Assembly (NCBI RefSeq): GCF_009914755.1
Contig: NC_060928.1
Source of the DNA: the human T2T-CHM13v2.0 reference genome, Homo sapiens
Reading direction: 5' to 3' (one strand)
Length of the DNA: 64,000 nucleotides
Below the pieces are notes generated by a model. The model saw only the letters and a list, made by a program, of their open reading frames with translations. It was not told the origin of the DNA and made no database searches. The number at the start of each line of letters is the position of its first letter. Positions within the stretch are counted from its first letter, which is position 1. This document shows positions 56,744 to 64,000 of the stretch, piece after piece. The translations under genes were made by a program, and so were the position numbers.

Positions 56744-57192
56744 ATTTTACAGATGAAGAAGCTGAGGCTAAGGAGGGTAAAAACTCTACCTCAGGCTGGG
56801 CGCGGTGGCTCACACCTGTAATCCCAGCACTTTGGGAGGCTGAGGCAGGCAGATCACAAGGTCAGGAGATCAAGACAATCCTGGCTAACATGGTGAAGCC
56901 CCGTCTCTACTAAAAATACAAAAAAAAAAAAAAAATTAGCCCGGCGTAGTGGTGGGCACCTGTAGTCCCAGCTGCTCAGGAGGCTGAGGCAGGATAATGG
57001 CGTGAACCCGGGAGACAGAGCTTGCAGTGAGCCGAGATCATGCCTGGGTGACAGAGCGAGACTCCGTCTCGAAAACAGAAAAACAAGAAACCAAAAAGCC
57101 CTACCTCAGTACCTCAGTCACCAAGAGGTAAGTGGCCGCTGCAGGCCAGACACTTCTGTTTGGCTCAAAGCCCAGGACGTTTTTCCACAGTA
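56744..57192 (-). mobile_element. MIR, copy B, interrupted by AluY
   Basis: Same core; continues after the Alu at about 57101. Confidence 0.75.
56794..57097 (+). mobile_element. AluY-like with right-arm deletion
   Basis: aatggcgtgaacccggg and gagcttgcagtgag diagnostics; flanks ctacctca. Confidence 0.88.
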
Positions 57193-58696
57193 TGTCCTTG
57201 AAACGCGATAGAAGTGTCTTCCTGGAGAGGGCAGAATGGTAACAGGACACCTCAGACAGGGGGATTCTTGAGGGCAGGGACTGTATTTTATTTGTCTTCT
57301 AATTGCAGCCCCAAGCAGAGTTACCGGAAGATAGCTGACATGTATTAAATGTTTGTGGAATAAGGAATACATGAAGAAGTCTATCATTCAATCAAAGAAA
57401 GCTAAGTATCATTGGAGGTCTTTCCATTTTGGGGTCCAGTGGGTGTCCTTTGAGTCAAGAGCATGATCTTCAATAGACTTGGGGCCAGAAATGTGACATG
57501 TGTCTGAATCCAATCAGATCCAGTTAAGATCCACAAATGCTAGTCACTGGAATCTGTAGCCCTTGAATTAATTCTGTCCTTAGATTTGATAAGCCAATGT
57601 CAGATTTATTGTTGTTATTTATTATTCTGTCCCTCCAGGATTACATTAGGAACATACTGTCAAGAAAAGGATGATGCGTGTGCTGCAAAATGCAGGACAA
57701 TTCACTTTCCAGGTGGGGTCTGGGGCCTGTGGCTTCTCTGTGAACTTTCTTTGTGTGCTGTGGAATATTTTCCAGCTGCAGCCTATTGTCCTGTGATTAG
57801 ACTCTGGGGCTCCACAGGTAAGAGATGAACAATTCTAAGGGTAATTGAACACTCCACAAATTTTCACAGTGGATCAGCACTGTGCCATTTAGCCCAGGTA
57901 TTTCTGTGATTGCGATGCTGAGAAAATGTACACCGTTAAGTGGTTGTCAAATCACTCTTTCATCTGAGCAAAACAGGACTTGTTATTTGCAGTCTAGGTC
58001 ATAAAAGCAAGTGGTTTGGGGAAAATGGCTGCTTAGAGACTAAGAAAAAAGTTTTTGTTTGGAAATTTGAGTTCTTAAAATCCAGGCATCAAAGATTTCA
58101 AGGAGTAGAAAATACTTAAAAGTCTTTGCATTCTCTTCCCCTTTATTTGGTAAATACCATATAGATTGTTAGGGGCATAGCCAGCCTGGAACCAGGAGTT
58201 ATAATGATATTATTCCCATTATACTGATGGAGAAATTGAGGCTTGTGGTCATATAGTTTTAAAGGAGGGACTCTGGGAGGCAAACTTGGGTCACCTGATT
58301 TCAAGCCTTATGTTTTCTCCAGACAAGTATGTCACTTTGTTTATTCTTGGGTTCGTTTAAAAATGCAAAAGAAATATCATGCTCCTTTGAGAGCTTACAA
58401 TTCATGACGGGATGTGACAGGCTACAACAACTCATGGCTAACTGCAATAACAGGCATGAAAGCCCTGACCAAGGAAAGAAGGTCTTTGCCCAACCTTGGT
58501 TGAAACAGTATAGGACAGAAAGGGGGCACCCACACCATCTGGAAGTTTTCACCAGTTCTTTGTCAAGAAAGAACATAATTTTGGTATTAAAACTTGTCAT
58601 GGTTTGGTGGAAGGAACAACAGTACAAATGCATACCAAATTCATACTATGAAATTTGCCCATTTTGAGTATATAACAATGATTTTTATTATGAAAA

Positions 58697-59063
58697 TATC
58701 TTAGTCAGCTTGGGCTGCTATAACCGAATAGCATGGACTGGGTGGTTTGAATAATAAACATTTATTTCTCACAGTTCTGGTGGCTGGAAGTCCAAGATCA
58801 GGATGCCAGCATGGTCAAGTTCTTGGTGAGGGCTCCCTTCCTGGCTTACAAACAGCCACTTCCTTACTTGGTAGAGAGAGGGAGCTCTGGCCCCTTCATC
58901 CCTTACAAGGACACTAATTTTCTTCAGAGGGGTTTCACCACCATGACCTCATCTGAGCCCATTTATGTCCCAAAGTCCCCACCTCTAAATACTATTGCAT
59001 TGGGGATTAACTAGGGCTTCGATATGTCAATTTGGGGGAAACACTAATATTCAGTCCATAGCA
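58697..59063 (-). mobile_element. MLT1A/MST-like MaLR solo LTR
   Basis: tcttagtcagcttgggctgctataac...acatttatttctcacagttctgg...attcagtccatagca; flanks gaaaa/gtaaa. Confidence 0.8.
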
Positions 59064-60282
59064 GTAAATTATACCTTAATAAAGATTTTAAATATTAATT
59101 AAAAAATCTGCATTACCTACAGTTCTCATTCCAGAAAATGAGTCTCCCATTACTCAGTTGAGTCATTGATCAGCTTCATGAACTCCTGACTTAACAAATC
59201 CCTCTCTAGGTTTTTCGAGATGGATACCTGTGTTGGAGAGGGTTGACAGACCATTCTCTCCAAGATTCAGAGTATGTAAAATCAGAGAAGCAGCCGTCTT
59301 ATAGGATGCTCTTTTAATAAAGCCTCATACATTTCTCTTTCAACAAATGTTTGTTGAGCATCTCCTCAGTGCCTCTGGGTAATACAATACGGTGGCCAGA
59401 GTAAGAGCTCTGGAATCTGACTGTCTGGCTTCAAATTTCAGCCACTAACCTTGTAGATATGCAGCCTCTAAAGCTTAGGGAATGCCAGTACATGTTTCTA
59501 AGCCTCCAATTCCTCATCAATATATCAGGTGAAGGGCCAGCTTCTACTTCATTGGATAATTGAGAGGATTTAATAAGATGACACCTGACAAATATTTAAA
59601 TGAATTAGATGTATAAACAATATCTAAAGTAAGTTTTAGATACTAAGTGTTAACCACACAGGTGATAAAATACTTAAAAGTTTGTGCCCTGAACTGTAGG
59701 GACTCCTTGTTTAGAAGGGAAATAGGCAAATAAGCAATTTCAGTTCAGTGTGAAAAGTGCTCAGATAATGAAAAATACATTTGCTACAGAAGGAGAACCC
59801 AACCCTAGAAAACCTTCTGTGGAACTCTGAGTCAGGACAGTGATGTCTTCTCTTAAACGGTAAGAAATGTGCATGACTGAAGAAAGATAAGAAGTGTAGA
59901 CTAGTGAAGAAAGGAAGAAAACATGTTAAATGTTACATGCAGCAAGGTACGTGTTTAACGTGAAACGTGAAACATGCATTCCTGTGAAATGATGGTGTCC
60001 CAGTGACGGCAACAACCTAGAATTTTCTGAAAAGAACACTTTTCAGTTTCCCCATCTCTAGGTGGAAAAGCAAATAGCCCGAGTGTTTTAGGTTTACACA
60101 ATCTAAACAATCCAGAGCATGTGAGCTGGAGGAATGCAGATGCTGGAATAGGTAAGCACTAGTGTGCTTTGCTGAACCCTCACCTCAAACCATGTTAAAC
60201 AGTAGATATTTCATGAAGATAAGCAAGATAACCTCCAGCCATGTTAATCAGTAGATATTCCACAAAGATTAGTGTCCAGTAG

Positions 60283-60566
60283 TTTTTTGGTTTTTTTTTG
60301 AGACGGAGTCTCGCTCTGCTGCCCAGGCGCCATCTCGGCTCACTGCAAGCTCCGCCTCCTGGGTTCACGCCATTCTCCTGCCTCAGCCTCCCGAGTAGCT
60401 CGGACTATAGGCGCCCGCCACCACGCCCGGCTAATTTTTTGTATTTTTAATAGAGACGGGGTTTCACCGTGTTAGCCAGGATGGTCTCGATCTCCTGACC
60501 TCGTGATCTGCCTGCCTTAGCCTCCCAACGTGCTGGGATTACAGGCGTGAGCCACCGCGCCCGGCC
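60283..60566 (-). mobile_element. AluY with right-arm deletion
   Basis: gcaagctccgcc, ttcacgccattc, ccgtgttagccaggatgg; tggagtgcagtgg segment missing. Confidence 0.9.
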
Positions 60567-61517
60567 AGTTTTTTTTTTTTTTTTTTTTTTTTAAACTTAT
60601 TTGATAGCAAATACAGCAGGTGTATTTCCTGCAGGACTTCTCAGGATGTCTCAGGATCTCTAATATGCCAAGAAGCATCATGAAACTCAAGAGAGTTTGA
60701 GCTGCTTCCCATAGTATTTGGTTATGAAACAACTCATTTTATTCTTTTGCAGAATCTTGATGACTAGCATTTGGAGGAACACACCTTGGGAAATGGTGAT
60801 TCTGTCCAAACTTTTTGTGTTATGGCTGTGAGAAATAGACTTACAGAAGGAGATGTCCGCCCCACATCTCTAAACTCATGGGTGGAAACTCAGGTTGAAC
60901 TTAACGTTTTCTCGATTCTGTTTCCCTGATTTCAGAGACAAGAGTCTGGGATGTCTTTCTTGGCAGTTTCCAAGGACAAATTACATAGTTTTACTGGGCA
61001 GTAGAATAATAACCATCATGGTATTGTGAATGTGAACCCATCTTTCATTCCCAAAGCTGCAGGCAAGCCAAGATCACAGTAGCATTAGCTCAGAGATGCC
61101 TTTGATAGGAAGATCTCTTGCCCATGGTGCTGTAAAGCCATGCAGGATTTTAACAGACCAATCCACCAGGCCCTGTGGATGGCTGGCAAGATTTGAGCCT
61201 TGCTGTGACAGGGAAACATTAGCCGATATAATTGAAAGCAGAGCTGTCCTCCACTCTGCAGAGGGAGGTGTTTGGCGTACAAAGGCAGAGAGAGGGGGCA
61301 AACATGACAGGCTGACACCACGGGGAGGTTATTTCAACAATTTGTGTTTGCTTTTCTCACTGCCTCTGCCCTGAGCTTGGCCCTTCTGGGCTTGTTGCTC
61401 TCTTTCCAACAGACTGGTCCCCTTAGACCCAGTGAGATCATCAATAGACTTTGGAAATAAAGAGTGCCAGATGGTTATTGTACTACAGGCGTGTGCAGGT
61501 GCATGTGCTTGTGTGTA

Positions 61518-61780
61518 AGAGGGAGAGACAGAGAAGGACAGACACAGAGAGATACAGAGAGACAGGGTCAGAAAGATAAAGAGACACAGAGGTAGAGAGA
61601 GGCAGAGACAGAGATTAAAACACAGAGAAAGAGAGACAGAGAGAGAGCAACAGAGTGACAGAGACAGACAGGCAGAGATAGAGAGAGGCAGAGAAACAGA
61701 GACAGCAGGAAATAGAGAGACAGAGAGTGACAGAGACAGAGGCAGAGATAGACAGGAAGAGACAGAGTCAGAAAGCAGAA
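61518..61780. repeat. GA-rich low-complexity tract
   Basis: Degenerate (GA)n/(GACA)n. Confidence 0.9.
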
Positions 61781-63739
61781 ACTGGTTCTGTTACCAATCA
61801 AACTCCTACTGATGCATCTGAGGCCAATGTAGCTCAAGGCTGAGGGTTCTCATATGGGGAAGGAATTCTCTAGACTAGGGAAGGAAGCCAATGTGTTATG
61901 ACCTTCTCTGTAGTGGGCACATTCATTTCAACCGTTCTTTTAATTTAACCTTCACAGAAACATTCGTGTGTGGAAATGATTCCCACCTTTAAGGTGTAGA
62001 GGCTGAATCTTGGGGGACATCCTTCACTCGTGCACTTTGACTGGTTGGGGGTGGTGCTGGCTTCAAACCCAGGTCTCCCTGGCTGGGGCTCATGCCTTGT
62101 CCACTGTGCAGTGTCCGCCTGCCCAGTACAGCTCTGCCTCAGTCCCCATAGAGCTGGGGAAGTGGCCTCAGAACCCTGCACCCCATTGCTGCATCTGTGG
62201 AGTGAGGTTTGCTCTGAGAGCAATGATCTGAGCAGCTTTTGTCACCAGGATGCCTGGATTTTAGACAGACAGTTCCTCTCTCCCCTTTTTGTTTCTCATT
62301 CATGCTCTCCTTCTCTTGCTTCTTTTTATTTCGTTGACCCACATCAACTCATCTGCCTTTCCTCTGATTCTCTTGAATGTCATTTATTCGCACCAAATTC
62401 TTTCTTTCCTGTAAGACAACTGGAGAAAGTCAGCTTCTCCCTCCTCACTTTCCCCTTTCCTTTCTTTTTTGAAATTTAGTTTTTAAGTTTATATTTATAG
62501 AATATTTTTATTACAAAATTAACACACGAGAAAATTGAGAAAAGTACAAGAAAAAAACAGGAAAATAAAAATCGTATAATACAAACGATATATTCTGGTT
62601 TGTGGCACACGTATATGTAAATACTAATTTTTTGGTAAAAAATACATGCATTAGGATATATGCACTATGAGATGTACCTCCATGAAATCATATTTGATGA
62701 CTGCATTACAGTTTGTAATGTCACTGTCATAACGTGTTTTAACAATTTCCCAAATTCACAGTTGCGGACATGTGTTTTAATGTCTGACATGGAGTGTCAT
62801 GCCACGTGCTTTATGCTTCACTCCTGGTTCTGCCTTTCACTACCTTTGTGTTCTTTGAGTAGGCTGCTTAATGTCTCCCTACCTCAGTTTCTTCACCTGT
62901 AAAACAGGGAGAGATTTTGTGCCACGTTTCATCCATAGACTAGCTCTAGAATCTGGTTCTCATGATACAGCCAGCCTCTGTAAACTTCACCCAAGCAATT
63001 TGCTACATCAGCGAGAGGTCAAAGCGGTGTCCAGGGCAGCTTTCCCTTTAAGTCTTTCCAAAAGACTTAAACTTTCCTTTTTCTTTGAAGCTGTTGGCAG
63101 GAAACTTGATATCCATAGAGAATGGGTTCATTTTACTTGACGAAAACTGTGAGTTTTACAGACACCTCCCTGAGGGCCAGGAGTAGCTACAGACTGTGGA
63201 GGTGGAAGGTGTCCCAGGTGTTGGAACACAATTGCCACCTTTATGCAGAACAGGAAGCACATCCCACACACCTCAAAGCCTGGCCCTGCACCAGGACTTT
63301 AGAGCCTCAACAAAATGAGAATTGTCCCTCCCAAACTTGCCCTTTTCTCCCTCTGTTCTGGCATTTGGAGGAAACAATACCTTTAAAAAGCCATTAGCCA
63401 CATAAGCTTCTGTATGGTTACTTATTTAATATCATCGGCATTGGTTTCTACTTAGTAACATAGAGTACTATGTTAGGTCTGATTCATTGATCCAAACAAC
63501 ATTGCCACTTGGAACCATGACTGGAGCGTAGTGGATACTGTCAAGGCCAGGGAGAGAGAGACAGAGAAGGACGGACACAGAGAGGGACAGAGAGAGACAG
63601 GGTCAGAGAGACAGAGCGTCTCTCTGTCTCCTCCTTCTGCTGCTGCAGGGTGATTGCTAACTACTCATGTTTTAATCCTTTTTGGGAGGATTGCCTTTGA
63701 CTGACAGGAGCCACAGGGCTTGGTAATGTCTGAGAGGTT

Positions 63740-63995
63740 GGGTTCCCCACTCCCACCCCCACAGGCATTCTGGGCTACAGACTGCCTGAGCCCCTCACCT
63801 CTGGGCTTCACAGAGTCTGTGAAATAGCTCAGCTCCAGAACTTACTGAGAAATCAGGCTTAGGTCAGGCCTCCCCATAACACTTCTTCCCCCTTCTGTCT
63901 CCCTCTTTCCCCTGCAGGGTTCTGCTGCAAGAGGTCCCCGCATAATTCACTTGCACCAGAATCCAGGTCTCAGACTTTGCTGCTAGTGAGACCGC
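63740..63995 (+). mobile_element. Old ERVL LTR fragment (LTR16/LTR33-like)
   Basis: cataattcacttgcaccagaatccaggtctcagactttgc resembles the family 3' end; very diverged. Confidence 0.4.
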
Positions 63996-64000
63996 CACCT

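Noticed and set aside
63880-63920. Strong plus-strand acceptor ctttcccctgcag
   Set aside because: Within a probable old LTR, antisense to CLNK, no convincing donor before the window ends.

Overview
Human (primate) genomic DNA, mostly repeat-rich intron. It carries five short internal coding exons of CLNK (MIST; SLP-76/BLNK-family adaptor, chr4p16 from recall) on the MINUS strand: 33982-34053, 20933-20961, 7749-7786, 2021-2162 and 683-789. All have AG/GT boundaries and matching phases and splice into one frame, (Q)GNRKTTKEGSNDLKFQNFSLPKNRSWPRINSATGQYQRMNKPLLDWERNFAAVLDGAKGHSDDDYDDPELRMEETWQSIKILPARPIKESEYADTHYFKVAMDTPLPLDTRTSISIGQPTWNTQTRLER, about residues 4-133 including the Y69 and Y96 motifs. 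The start-codon exon and the SH2 exons lie outside the window; 34054-64000 is one large intron. The ORF track misses these exons almost entirely and its ORFs are mostly repeat-derived or chance. The rest is Alu, L1, L2, MIR, ERV1/MaLR/ERVL solo LTRs and DNA-transposon fossils, several nested with readable target-site duplications. I see no evidence of a new biological system. The best leads are a cryptic in-frame exon/alternative N-terminus just upstream of the 38-nt exon, an 8-nt candidate poison microexon, LTR-borne regulatory modules, a young AluYd8 and an unusually similar pair of MIR copies. Repeat subfamily names are from recall of consensus sequences and need RepeatMasker/Dfam confirmation.
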